Shown here piece after piece: positions 1 to 12,780 of a stretch of DNA of 64,000 bases. A program made the position numbers and the translations under genes. Origin of the DNA: Octopus sinensis (lineage: Eukaryota); assembly GCF_006345805.1 (NCBI RefSeq), contig NC_042999.1:15128001-15192000 (forward strand), in the 5' to 3' direction. How positions within the stretch are numbered: the stretch's first letter is position 1; each line of letters starts with the position of its first letter. Under the pieces are notes generated by a model that worked only from the letters and a program-made list of their open reading frames with translations, was not told the DNA's origin and ran no database searches.

Positions 1-119
1 CACAACGAAATATGGTGTTCCTACTTTCAATTAATACGATAGGTGTTAAAAAGTTCCTGGGTTTGGGTAAAAGAAAATACAGGAGGATCAGTTAATAATG
101 ATTTTATTCAACTCTAGCT

Positions 120-153
120 CTATGACCCAGCAACGCCGGGTCATAGTGCTAGT
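120..153 (+). mobile_element. Helitron-like 3' terminus
   Basis: 9-bp stem ctatgaccc/gggtcatag, then 2 nt, then CTAG|T. Confidence 0.45.
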
Positions 154-158
154 GCATA

Positions 159-312
159 CATATACAGCTGCGTGCGTGCGCACATACACGCGAGTACTGT
201 CCAAATCTCCGACCAATCACATACAGCTAGCTGGCATTCAATTGGCGTATCAAGTTTCGGGCATTTTGAATGGGTTTTGGATAGAAAATTCACAAAAAAG
301 TCACTTTTATTG
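159..312 (+). repeat. ~155-bp unclassified repeat segment, second copy at ~1185-1340
   Basis: Near-identical catatacagctgcgtgcgtg...aaaagtcac. Confidence 0.75.
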
Positions 313-1402
313 ATTTTTTAATGGCTTTGCGGGGTGACTGGGGAAATGTAAAAATGTGCACGACCACCTTTGGACGGTTTTGAATGACCATAGAAAGTGC
401 GAGCCCTCTAACTAAAAAATTGTGGATTTGTATAAAGGACACACACGCAGACATTTTGCCGTTTATATATATAAAGATATATAAACTTATATATTCACAC
501 ACTTATTGCAGTAATCTTTCAGTTTTTCTAACCCCTGAAAAAGAAGTCAGAAGGTGAGGCCTCCAACCAGGCCCTTCATGAGACCCTTAAAGCCAGGAAC
601 TTTTCAGCACCCCCTCGTACTAAACCATGCAAACCAACCTAAATGGTTACTTTCCTTCCTTTATTTCAACTATTCTTCTAACTTCAATGTAAGATCTCAT
701 TTTCTAAAATCTAAAGTTTTCCCCCACCCTTAACTTACCAGCCATGTATCCAACTTTATGACACATTGCATAAGAACAAACACATTAACGTCAATCTCAT
801 GTCTAACTTGCTTTTCTCTCTGACGTCAATATTAAATATATTCTTGTAATATGCATTTCTTTTCATGGCAACCAACATTATTTTTCATGTAAAATCAGAC
901 GTCTCCTATTAAAATTATTTCAAGTTTCTTCATAAATTTGTTTGTAGTGAAACTCATAAAATAAGAACAAGCTTTTTCAATTGAGAAAACTGGCCAAGCT
1001 GCTACCATTTGCTTAGCTGTTACATTGTACAATACACACTTTCTGTAAAGTATATGTAAGACGTTGAACATTTTAAAGTTTTGGTTACTGTTGTAGGACA
1101 TATTTCTCCTATCTTAAATACATTTAAAAACAAACTACATTCTTATGATATATTCTGATGAGTCATTGAATGTACATTAATGTACATATACAGCTGCGTG
1201 CGTGTGCACATACACGCGAGTACTGTCCAAATCTCCGACCAATCACATACAGCTAGCTGGCATTCAATTGCCGTATCAAGTTTCTGGCATTTTGATTGGG
1301 TTCTGGATAGAAAATTCACAAAAAAGTCACCTCTATTGATTTTTTGTGTGCATGTATTTGTGTGTATGTGTTTGCGTGTGCGTTTGTGTATGAGTATGTA
1401 TG

Positions 1403-1449
<47 letters not shown>

Positions 1450-1566
1450 ATGTATAGAGATGCAGATGCATACAAGCATACACAAACACACATACATTGA
1501 TATGTAGCAAGAATTAAGCAAAGTTATAAACCAAAATCAAGATATTTTCTTTTTTCCATTTCACAG

Positions 1567-1634
1567 TAACTGGATTTGATCTCTGGTGGTCTGTGGTTGC
1601 TGTGGGACTCGTATGTACATTCTACACAACTTTG
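1567..1634 (+). CDS. SLC5 exon (first in window): (V)TGFDLWWSVVAVGLVCTFYTTL
   Basis: ttccatttcacag acceptor, gtaaga donor; matches the SMCT VTGFDLW...CTFY..LGG segment; 68 nt. Confidence 0.92.
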
Positions 1635-1740
1635 GTAAGATATTTTCTTTATTTTTTCCTTGGAAGCTTTCTATATTTTTTGTCATTTAGTTACAGCATA
1701 TTAATCATTAATCATTATATTACAATATTATGTAATAAGA

Positions 1741-2157
1741 AGCCGTAGCCAGCGCCGACTCGACTGGCTTCTGTGCCGGTGGCACATAAAAAGCACCATC
1801 CGAACGTGGCCGATGCCAGTGCCGCCCCGACTGGCTCCTGTGCCGGTGGCACATAAAAAGCACCATCCGAACGTGGCCGTTGCCAGCGCCGCCTTGGCTG
1901 GCTTCCGTGCCGGTGGCACGTTAAAAGCTCCAACTGATCGTGACCGATGCCGTATACCCCTGGCACCCGTGCAGGTGGCACGTAAAAAGCACCCACTACA
2001 CTCGCGGAGTGGTTGGCGTTAGGAAGGGCATCCAGCTGTAGAAACTCTGCCAGATCAGACTGGAGCCTGGTGCAGCCTCCTGGCTTCCCAGACCCCAGTC
2101 GAACCGTCCAACCCGTACTAGCGCGGAAAACGGACGTTAAACGATGATGATGATGAA
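1741..2157 (+). mobile_element. RTE 3'-end repeat. Other copies: ~6145-6410, 9866-10130(-), 14395-14725(-), 22895-23240(-), 24360-24760(-), 26659-27185(-), 29521-29803, 32000-32692, 32790-33055, 35724-35990, 45625-45980, 54120-54365, 60670-61076, 63620-64000
   Basis: Shared ggcacgtaaaaagcacccactacac...ggaagggcatccagctgtagaaac...acccatgctagcatggaaa.cggacgttaaa.(gat)n, the same as the end of the 49.7-53.1 kb RTE. Confidence 0.85.
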
Positions 2158-2355
2158 GAAGCATGGCACCTTGGACAAGTGTCTACTACTACAGCCTTGA
2201 GTCAGCCAAAGCCTTCTGAGTGGATTTGGTAGAAAGAAACTGAAAGAAGCCTATCATACAGTATTCTGTATGTATTTCTTTACTACCCACAAGTGGCTAA
2301 ACACAGAGAGGACAAACAAAGACCGACAAAGGGATTAAGTCGATTATATAAATAT

Positions 2356-2670
2356 CAAAATAAGCAACAAGGATATCCAGAGGTAAAGCAGTACGATCGT
2401 TTCATGCCACTCCATTTTATTGAACAATGAAACTATTATGTTGTTGGTAAAACATGTTCTTTGTCTATCTCCTTATTCTCTTGGAGATTTTGGGTAAAAT
2501 TATACTAATTATGCGGCCTTCTAATTTAATTAAATTCTATGTCTTTGTGCAGCTGAAGATTGCTCTACATTTTAAATTGATGTAATGAAATGATTGCATT
2601 GTTCAATTAAATGGAGTTGCATGAAACGATCGTACCGCATTACCTCTGGGCATCCTTGTTGCTTATTTTG
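2356..2670. mobile_element. Fold-back element with ~75-bp inverted arms; related copy at ~20900-21095
   Basis: caaaataagcaacaagg...ttgaacaatg versus cattgttcaa...ccttgttgcttattttg; carries a hammerhead motif. Confidence 0.7.
2548..2639 (+). ncRNA. Degenerate hammerhead motif with long stem II (same family as 20984-21069)
   Basis: tgcag-CTGAAGA-ttgctc...gagttgcat-GAAA-cgatcg-TA/ccgca; one mismatch in stem I. Confidence 0.5.
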
Positions 2671-2759
2671 ACTTTAATCACCTTATTTTGAAATTGTATG
2701 GATAATACCATACTAAATTCTGGTGCCTCAACTTAAGTACCATATTCATCTGAATCTAA

Positions 2760-2805
<46 letters not shown>

Positions 2806-3523
2806 ATCATCCACTAAGATGATCAACCCTATGCCTATGGATACTACACAGTAATCATCTCAGGAATATGGACTATGATCTTAAGAGACATGTGATTTGT
2901 GGAAATGCGTGTAGCAATGCATTAAATGTTTAGAAATTCCATCCAAAAATTATTGTTATTATTACTATATTTATCTAAAGCAGTGAGTTGGCAGAATAGT
3001 TAGCATGTCAGGTGAAACACTTAGTAGTATTTTGTCTGCCGCAATGTTCTGAGTTCAAAGTCTGCTGAGGTTGACTTTGCTTTTCATCCTTTCACAGTCG
3101 ATAAAATAAGTACCAACTGAACACTAGGGTCAATGTAATCGACTTGTTCCCTTACCACAAAATTTCAGGCCTTGTGCCAATAATAGAAATTTTCATTCTT
3201 ATTATATTTATCAGAAATTTTAAAAATAAGAAAATTGTGGAGAGCTAAGGCTTTGAATAAACAAACAGCAGCAGAGTGGATGTATAGAGTAAACAATTGA
3301 TGAAGACAAACAGTAAGGGCCATTAGGTGAAGGCGCATTGTAATGGGTAATGCCTGGGAGAAAGTTTGGAAAGATATAAAATAAATAGAAGAGAAGAAAA
3401 TAGTAGAAGAGAAAAAATGTTGGGAGGCGAGAGAAATGACGTCCAGCTAGGTGGATGATGAGGAAGAGGCTTATATACACATATATAATATAGCATACTA
3501 TGATGAGAAAAGGAATTTAATGT

Positions 3524-3602
<79 letters not shown>

Positions 3603-3735
3603 AACAGACAGAAAGAAAGTGAGAGAATGAGGAACCTCAAAAGATAAACAATGAAACAACATTTCTTTAAAATCAAATGAAAAAAAATGAACAATTTCAA
3701 TGTTATTCTTGTAATTCTTGTTTGTATTTGAACAG

Positions 3736-3890
3736 GGTGGAATGAAGGCTGTGTTATGGACAGATGCATTCCAGGTGGTCATGATGATGATCGGGTTACT
3801 TGCAACTCTCATTGAAGGATCCATCCGAGCTGGAGGCTTTGCAAGTGCATGGAAGAGCGCTGAAGCGACTGGAAGAGTTGTTTTTAACGA
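3736..3890 (+). CDS. SLC5 exon: GGMKAVLWTDAFQVVMMMIGLLATLIEGSIRAGGFASAWKSAEATGRVVFN
   Basis: aacag acceptor, gttagt donor; SSS signature; 155 nt. Confidence 0.96.
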
Positions 3891-3964
3891 GTTAGTAATT
3901 TTTAATATGTTCTTATTGAATTTTTCCTTTCAAATAATAATTTTTTTTAATTGCTTATAAGTAC

Positions 3965-4370
3965 CTCTTTTACTCTTTTACTTGTTTCAGTCATTTTGAC
4001 TGCGGCCATGCTGGAGCACCGCCTTTAATTGAGCAACTCGACACCGGGACTTATTCTTTGTAAGCCCAGTACTCATTCTATCGGTCTCTTTTGCCGAACC
4101 ACTAAGTTACGGGGACATAAACACACCAGCATCGGTTGTCAAGCAATGCTAGGGGGACAAACACAGACACACAAACATACATGCACACATATATATATAC
4201 ATATATACGACGGGCTTCTTTCAGTTTCTGTCTACCAAATCCACTCACAAGGCATTGGTCGGCCCGAGGCTATAGCAGAAGACACTTGCCCAAGGTGCCA
4301 CACAGTGGGACTGAACCTGGAACCATGTGGTTGGTAAGCAAGCTACTTACCACACAGCCACTCCTGCGCC
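3965..4370 (-). mobile_element. tRNA-derived SINE family A. Other copies: 5083-5468(-), 23289-23702(-), 31206-31623(+), 33341-33750(-), 37159-37485(+), 38989-39385(+), 48893-49323(-)
   Basis: Head ggcgcaggagtggctgtgtgg (A box) and ggttcagtccc (B box); body ggcaccttgggcaagtgtc; internal (CA/TA)n; tail gactgcggccatgctggagcacc; at least 8 copies. Confidence 0.88.
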
Positions 4371-5291
4371 TATAGATTATAGAAATAAATATTGGGGTGA
4401 ATTATTTTGATAAGCCCTTCAAGATAGTGCCCCAGCACAGCCACAATGATTGAAACAAGTGAAGGATAAAGGTAATCATCATCATCATCGTCGTCACCAT
4501 CGTCATCAGCATCATTATCGTCATCATCATCGTTTTATATCTGTTGTTTGTTTCAGTTATTGGACTGTGACCATACTGGAGCACCACCTCGAAGAGTTCA
4601 TTTGAACAAATCAACCACATTATTATTTTTTAAGTCTGGTACTTCGTTTATCAGTTTTTATTTTTGCCAAGCTGTTATGTTAAAGGGATGTAAACAAACC
4701 AACTTTAGTTGTCAAGCACATGGCAAAGCAACTCGGACACAAAGATACTTACACACATACTCACACACACATACACACACACACACACACATGTACTCAC
4801 ATACACAGACATGTGCACTTGTTTCATGCTTTGGACTGTGGCCATACTGGAGCAACTGCTCTGAAGGGTATAGTTGAACAAATCAAACCCAGTACTTATT
4901 TCTTGAAAATGGTATTTATTCCTTTGGTTTCTTTTTACCTAACAAATAAGTGTCAGGGATGCAAACAAACCAACAACAGCTCTGAAGTAGTGGTGGGAGA
5001 CAAACAAAATGAGACACACACAGAGATATACTCATAACGACAAACATGTGTGTGTGTGTGTGTTTGTGCACATACTCTTTTATTCATTTCAGTCATTGAC
5101 TGCGACCATGCTGGAGCACCGCCTTTTAGTTGAGCAAATCGACCCCAGGACTTATTCTTTGGAAGCCTAGTACTTATTTTATCAGTCTCTTTTGCTGAAC
5201 CACTAAGTTATGGGGACATAAATACACCACCATCGGTTGTCAAGCAATGTTGGGGGGACAAACACAGACATATATACACACACATACATGC

Positions 5292-5336
<45 letters not shown>

Positions 5337-6407
5337 TACGATGGGCTTCTATATATATATACATATATACGACGGGCTTCTTTCAGTTTCCGTCTACCAA
5401 ATCCACTCACAAGGCTTTGGTCGGCCTGAGGCTATAGTAGAAGACACTTGCCCAAGGTGCCATGCAGTATATATAAATACCAACATGTATATATAAATAT
5501 GAACAATGTTCTTCTGTCAGTTTCATTGACTAAATCCACTTACAAGGCTTTGGTCAGCCTAGGGCTGTAGCAAAAGACACTTGTCCAAGATGTTATGCTG
5601 TGGAACTAAACCCTAGACCACACCGTTGGGAACACAGCCTCACATGTGCTTATGTCAAAAGTCAAAAAACATTTTCATGTTAATTTGATAAAGGTAATTC
5701 TACCTTATTGTGTATTTTGGGAGCACTTTTCTGACTCTAACCTATTTTCTCACGATAGCTATACAGTTATATGTATGTAATCACACAAACACATAAAAAG
5801 AAAATTCTAATGAAATAGTTTAGCATTCAGATTAGTTCGTCAAATGTAATGTTTATTTATTCACATTGTTTTCAATTAATTATACATTATCTCATAGTTC
5901 TAAGATGGTGAGCTGGCAGAAATGTTAGCACACCAGGTGAAATGCGTGTCTGTCTTTACGTTGTGAGTTCAAATTCCCCCGAGGTCGATAAATTAAGTAC
6001 CAGTTACACACTGGGGTTGATGTAATCGACTTAATACCTATGTCTGTCCTTGTTTGTCCCCTCTATGTTTAGCCCCTTGTGAGTAATAAAGAAATAGGTA
6101 TTTCATCTGTCTTTACATTCTGAGTTCAAATTCTGCCGAGTAAAAAGCACCATTCAAGCATGGTAGATGCTAATGCCACCTGTCTGGTTTCCACGCTGGG
6201 GGCACATAAAAAGCACCATTTGAGCATGGTTGATGCCAGTGCTGCCTGACTGGCATGTAAAAAGCAGCCAGTACACTCTCTCAGTGGTTGGCATGTGTTA
6301 GGAAGGGCATCCAGCTGTAGAAACCTTGCCAGATCAAATTGGAGGCCGATGCAGCCTCATGGCTTACCAGTCCTCAGTCAAACCTTCCAACCCATACCAG
6401 AAATTAC

Positions 6408-6812
6408 AACCGTGTTTCGTGGTCTGCTACCACAACAGCTCCTTTATAGGATCCAGTTAGCTCAAGACATCATCAGGAGGAACCATGTCCGGGTTCGGCC
6501 CCTACTCCTCTACAGTTTTGACGTGGCGGTGCCCCCCCCCCTCGGAGGTATCTTCAGCTCTGGTGTTGGGTGCATGTCTTCTTTCTTCTTCTTTCTTCTG
6601 TTCCCTGGCCTCTTCGATGTATCGTCAGCGAGTGTCAGCTGGTGACTGACTGTCCTGTCAAATTTTTCCCCTATAAAAACCTGCCGCATAGGCTCCAGCA
6701 GGCAGCCCCAGCAAGTTGTCTCGTGACACTGTCTCACCTCAAACTGACTCGTGAAGGTGCATAGTTTTATTAGCCTGCGCTTTTTCTAAACGACCGTCAC
6801 CTGTCAGTCAGC
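6408..6812 (+). repeat. Unclassified ~400-bp dispersed element; inverted copy at ~27494-27905
   Basis: Shared ctgctaccacaacagctcctttataggatccagttagctcaagacatcatcaggagg... in opposite orientations. Confidence 0.75.
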
Positions 6813-7106
6813 CCCATAACAGCATGGGAACAGATGTTAAATGTCAATGATAATGATATGTATATGTATATACATACACATATGATGGGCTTCTTTTAAT
6901 TTCCATCTACCAAATCTACTTACAAAGATTTGGTCAGCCCAAGACTTTACTAGAAGACAGTTGCCCAAGGTGCCATACAGAGGGACTGAACCCAGAAATA
7001 TGTAGTTGGGAAGCAAGCTTCTTACCATGTGGTCACACTTGTTTACTGGAGTCTTTGTATAAAATTTTGATACATTTATTGACATGAATATGTTTGTATG
7101 TTTCAG

Positions 7107-7247
7107 CTTTGATCCGGACCCTAAAGTTAGGCATTCGTTTTGGTCATTGACAATTGGAGGATTCTTCACATGGGTTGCCGTTTATGGAGTAAACCAAGCA
7201 CAAGTCCAGCGTGCCTGCACATGTAAAACACTGAGAGGTGCTCAGCT
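7107..7247 (+). CDS. SLC5 exon: (D)FDPDPKVRHSFWSLTIGGFFTWVAVYGVNQAQVQRACTCKTLRGAQ
   Basis: tttcag acceptor, gtaagt donor; 141 nt; phase 2 to phase 2. Confidence 0.96.
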
Positions 7248-8995
7248 GTAAGTCTATTTTAGCCTTTTACTCTTTTTATTGATATTATATATACTGTTCT
7301 ATTGTATACTTATTGATATTTTATATACTTGGAGATGCCTCACCCTTAGGGAAGTTTTCTTCTTAGCTTTTGTAATACATATTAGCTGTTTTCCTTTTTC
7401 TGTACACACACAAACACATACACACATGAACATACAACACATACACAAATCCACGCGCAATACATACACAAACACATACACACACATACCCACACACATA
7501 CACGGACACATACATATATGTGAAATGATGGAGGTGCAATGGCCCAGTGGTTAGGGCAGCGGACTCGCGGTCATAGGATCGCGGTTTCGATTCCCAGATC
7601 GGGCGTTGTGAGTGTTTATTGAGCGAAAACACCTAAGGCTCCATGAGTCTCCAGCAGGGGATGGTGGTGATCCCTGCTGTACTCTTTCACCACAACTTTC
7701 CCTCACTCTTACTTCCTGTTTCTGTTGTACCTGTATTTCAAAGGGCCGGCCTTGTCACTATCTTTGTCACGCTGAATATCCCCGAGAACTACGTTAAGGG
7801 TACACGTGTCTGTGGAGTGCTCAGCCACTTACACGTTAATTTCACGAGCAGGCTGTTCCGTTGATTCGGATCAACCGGAACACTCGTCGTCGTAACCGAC
7901 AGAGTGCTTCCATCATATACTGTTCTATTGTATACTTATTGATATTTTATATACTTGGAGATGCCTCACCCTTAGGGAAGTCTTCTTCTTAGCTTTTGTA
8001 ATACATATTAGCTGTTTTCTTTTTTCTGTACACACACAAACACATACACACATGCACACACACACACACACACACATGTGTGAAATAAACACGTGTGTGT
8101 GTATATATATGTATGTGTATTAGAAGAAATAAGGTCCTCAGAAATCCGGATGGTTTTACATTTACAGATTTTTATTAATATGTCACATGTTTTTATAAAT
8201 CATATATTAGCACTTGCATATACTCTAGTAGAATCTCCAAATATGCATATATATATAAATATATATATATCATGTGATCACGTGACCGACCGGGCTATCA
8301 GATGTTGCTACACATCGCTGGTCACAATGCGCTTTGCATTGTTTTAGCCTTCAAATGACGCCACTCCGCTGGCTAAGCGAGCAGGCCAACAGAAGAAAGA
8401 GTGAGAGAAAATTGTGGTGAAAGAATACAGCAGGGATCGCCACCACCCCCTGCCGGAGCCTCATGGAGCTTTAGGTGCTTCCGCTCAATAAACACTCACA
8501 ACACCCGATCTGATATATATATATCAAATATACAAGGAGTTTTCATCAACTGACATAATGTAATAGGTATGTACTATGAGTGCTCAGTTTGGTTTACCAT
8601 TAAAACTCCAGCCTGAACAGCATCTGAAAAGTGTGGGATTGAGACTGTTTATGGAAGGTGTTTATTTTAATCCATGTGTTTTTTCAATTATCATCATCCT
8701 TAGCAAACATCTACTTTTCCATGCTTGCATGGGTCAGACGGAATATATTGAGGCAGATTTTCTATGGTTATATCTCCTTCCTGTCACCAACCCACGTATT
8801 CTCCCACAACCTGGACATGTTTTTAATACAAGGCCAGGAATACACAACCATGCTTGTATGACATACACACACTCATACACAAACGCATACACAAATGCAC
8901 ACACGACACATACACAAACCCATGTGCAACACATACACAAACACATACACACACATACCCACACACATACACGGACACATACATATATGTGAAAT

Positions 8996-9380
8996 GGTGG
9001 AGGCACAATGGCCCAGTGGTTAGGGCAGCGGACTCGCGGTCATAGGATCGCGGTTTCGATTCCAAGACCAGGCGTTGTGAGTGTTTATTGAGTGAAAACA
9101 CCTAAAGCTCCACGAGGCTCCGGCAGAGGATGGTGGTGATCCCTGCTGTACTCTTTCACCACAACTTTCTTTCACTCTTACTTCCTGTTTCTGTTGTACC
9201 TGTATTTCTAAGGGCCCGCCATGTCACTCTCTGTGTCACGCTGAATATCCCCGAGAACTACGTTAAAGGTGCACGTGTCTGTGGAGTGCTCAGCCACTTA
9301 CACGTTAATTTCACGAGCAGGCTGTTCCGTTGATTTGGATCAACTGAAACCCTCGTCGTCGTAACCGACGGAGTGCTTCC
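8996..9380 (+). mobile_element. tRNA-derived SINE family C with an 11-bp TSD. Other copies: 7530-7911(+), 48504-48704(-), partial ~8398-8512(-)
   Basis: Head ggaggcacaatggcccagtggttagggcagcggactcgcgg; TSD atatgtgaaat at 8985-8995 and 9381-9391. Confidence 0.85.
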
Positions 9381-10169
9381 ATATGTGAAATAAACACTGG
9401 AGATACTTTACCACATGAATTAACTCCAAGGGTTATTCAGAGGTATTGCAAGCTCTTCTGAATTCATCAAAATATCAAAAAGTCCTTCATATCATCAGTA
9501 GATATCTCAGGGTCACACACACACACATGCTCACACAGATTGAACACAATGGGCATTGAGCATCTTTCAGTGTCTATTTACTAGGCTTTAGTTGACCTGG
9601 GGCTGTAGAAGACATTAGCTCAAGTTATGCTACACAGCAGGATTGAACCCAAGGCCACATGGTTGGCAAGCAAGCCTCCCAACCACACAGTCAAATGTTT
9701 TCAAATGTGAATTATTATCTAAATTGTATTACTTGTCATCTTAAACTTTGTAAATACAGTGGATCCAGAATTAGCTATCTATTTCAATGAAATTTGGCAA
9801 ATTTAAAAAAAACTGACAGAATTTTATGTTTATTACTTAATTATGATACCAAAATGAATAGATTTCATCATCATCATCATCGTTTAATGTCCGCTTTCCA
9901 TGCTAGCATGGGTTGGAGGATTTTGACTGAGGACTGGCAAACCAGATGGCTGCACCAGGCTCCAATCTTCTTCTGGCAGAGTTTCTACAGCTGGATGCCC
10001 TTCCTAACGCCAACCACCCTGAGAGTGTAGTGGGTGCTTTTTATGTGCCACCAGCACGGAGCCAGTCAGGCGGTACTGGCAATGACCTCATCTTTTTACA
10101 TGTGCCACCGGCACAGGTGCCAAAATCTTATATCAAAACCGCATTAAAAATTTCCAACATGAGCCCCAC

Positions 10170-10330
10170 CTGAATTCTTTCAAATTTCAAATCTAACTTT
10201 AGTATTGTGAAGCACATTTTGAAGCAATGCAGGTGTTATCTCTTGTACAACGAATTGAATGCATTCTTTTAGTTCAGGTAAACTATTGCTCCATTGTGTG
10301 GATGGAAGCAGAGAAAATGATTGCAGCCAA
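10170..10330 (-). pseudogene. Tc1/mariner transposase C-terminal relic
   Basis: ELKECIQFVVQEITPALLQNVLHNTKVRFE resembles the C-terminal helices of mariner transposases. Confidence 0.55.
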
Positions 10331-10379
10331 ATTGTAAAAGTGGCTGTCATGGATAGATAAGTGGGATCCAATAGGACTG

Positions 10380-10412
<33 letters not shown>

Positions 10413-11118
10413 AGAATATAAAATCATAAAAATGATTGTAAAATTATAAAATTGGTGACACATCACATTGGTGACATGTAAAAGGCACCCACTACTCTCT
10501 TTGTTGTTGTTGTTGTTAAGCAACAAGAAGGGTAAGGGTGATTAGGTGATGGTCTAGGGCTTAGGGGCGGGTGACCCCAGACCTTGGTAAAAAAAAAAAT
10601 ACTTTAGTCATCTTGTAGTCAAGGGCTCTTCGTTGACGCTCAACACCACTGGAAGGTGGCCCTCAAAGTCGCTGGAAATGGAGATCTCCAGGTCCAAATT
10701 CTTGAATGGCCCCACGACTCTCTTGGACTGGTTGGCATTAGGAAGAGCATCCAGCCATTGAAACCAAGCCAAATTCAAACTAGAACCTAATATAGCTCTT
10801 CCACTTACCAGTTCTAGTCAAAATTGTCTAACCCATGCCAGCATATGAAAAACAGATGTTAAATGACGACGAACAAAATTTTAATTCATACACTTTTAAG
10901 TCATATCAAACGTGATAAACATGAATAAAAGTGAATTTTATAAAATTTAAAAAAATTATCTAATTTCAGTGAAATAAAGAGCTAGGACATGGTTTATTAA
11001 TTCAAATGGTTGAAAGTCGTTAATTGAAAAATTCAAAACAAAATATGTCTGTGTAATTTGTCTGCTCAAATTCTTTCAATAAAGAATATTTATTTACTTG
11101 CTTATTTTTTTTTCCCAG

Positions 11119-11248
11119 AGCAATGTGGCTCAATTTCCCTGGATTAACCATCATCCTCATGATTTGTTGTTTGATTGGAATGGTCTTGTATGATTTTTAC
11201 AAAACATGTGATCCCAAATCACTTATGCTCATAACTCAAGGTGATCAG
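11119..11248 (+). CDS. SLC5 exon: (L)AMWLNFPGLTIILMICCLIGMVLYDFYKTCDPKSLMLITQGDQ
   Basis: tttttttcccag acceptor, gtgagt donor; CDP...DQ motif; 130 nt. Confidence 0.95.
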
Positions 11249-11324
11249 GTGAGTTTCCAATAAGAATTTTCTGATTGTATATGCAGTTTTGAGTGCAATG
11301 TACTGCTAATTATGTATTTATAAT

Positions 11325-12780
11325 AATGAAATTATCGTATACAGTGCTCAGGTGCAGCACAACTTGTCAAAAGTGCATATAAAGCATATGCAGTAATGTA
11401 CAAATGTCTGGAAAGTGAACAGTGTGTGAGTCAGATACATGCTTGCGTGTGTATGGAGGGAAGAAAATCAGGTGTAGTGTTGGCGAATCTCAGGAAGCAT
11501 AGAAGTTTTGAAGGATGCAGTGCTCCGACAACTAACAACTGATGCTGGCAGTTTGTTCCGTACTTCAGCAACTTTTAGCGTGTAAAAATGTTTCCGAAAG
11601 TCATGGGAGATGTGCTGTTTTCTGACTTTGTAAACATGTCCATGGGTGTTAAATAATAATAATAATAATAATGATATTAATAATAATAATAATGAAATTA
11701 TTGTATACAGTGCTCAGGTGCACCACAACTTGTCAAAAGTGCGTGTAAAGCATATGCAGTAATGTAGAAATGTCTGGAAAGTGAACAGCGTATGAGTCAG
11801 ATACATGCCTGCGTGTGTATGGAGGGGAGAAAATCAGGTGTAGTGTTGGCGAATCTCAGGAAGCATGGAAGTTTTTGAAGGATGCAGTGCTCCGACAACT
11901 AACAACTGATGCCGGCAGTTTGTTCCGTACTTCAGCAACTTTTAGCGTGTAAAAATGTTTCCGAAAGTCATGGGAGATGTGCTGTTTTCTGACTTTGTAA
12001 ACATGTCCATGGGTGTTAAATAATAATAATAATAATAATGATATTAATAATAATAATAATGAAATTATTGTATACAGTGCTCAGGTGCACCACAACTTGT
12101 CAAAAGTGCGTGTAAAGCATATGCAGTAATGTAGAAATGTCTGGAAAGTGAACAGCGTATGAGTCAGATACATGCCTGCGTGTGTATGGAGGGGAGAAAA
12201 TCAGGTGTAGTGTTGGCGAATCTCAGGAAGCATGGAAGTTTTTGAAGGATGCAGTGCTCCGACAACTAACAACTGATGCCGGCAGTTTGTTCCGTACTTC
12301 AGCAACTTTTAGCGTGTAAAAATGTTTCCGAAAGTCATGGGAGATGTGCTGTTTTCTGACTTTGTAAACATGTCCATGGGTGTTAAATAATAATAATAAT
12401 AATAATGATATTAATAATAATAATAATGAAATTATTGTATACAGTGCTCAGGTGCACCACAACTTGTCAAAAGTGCGTGTAAAGCATATGCAGTAATGTA
12501 GAAATGTCTGGAAAGTGAACAGCGTATGAGTCAGATACATGCCTGCGTGTGTATGGAGGGGAGAAAATCAGGTGTAGTGTTGGCGAATCTCAGGAAGCAT
12601 GGAAGTTTTTGAAGGATGCAGTGCTCCGACAACTAACAACTGATGCCGGCAGTTTGTTCCATGCTTCAGCAACTCTTAGCGTGAAAAAATGTTTCCGAAA
12701 GTAATGGGAGCTGTGTTGTTTTCTGACTTTGTAAACATGTCCACAGGTGTTAGACAGGTGGAGTTTGAAAGGGTGCACAG
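11325..12780 (-). mobile_element. Four head-to-tail ~367-bp copies of a CR1-clade LINE 3' end
   Basis: The unit anchor acagtgctca recurs at 11341, 11707, 12074 and 12441; minus strand reads RKHFFTLRVAEAWNKLPASVVSCRSTASF; (ATT)n tail. Confidence 0.85.

Larger units (their letters stand above)
35..559. mobile_element. Tc1/mariner-type MITE interrupted by a nested insertion (~112-490)
   Basis: Imperfect TIRs tacgataggtgttaaaaagttcctgg / ccaggaacttttcagcaccccctcgta with TA ends. Confidence 0.65.
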
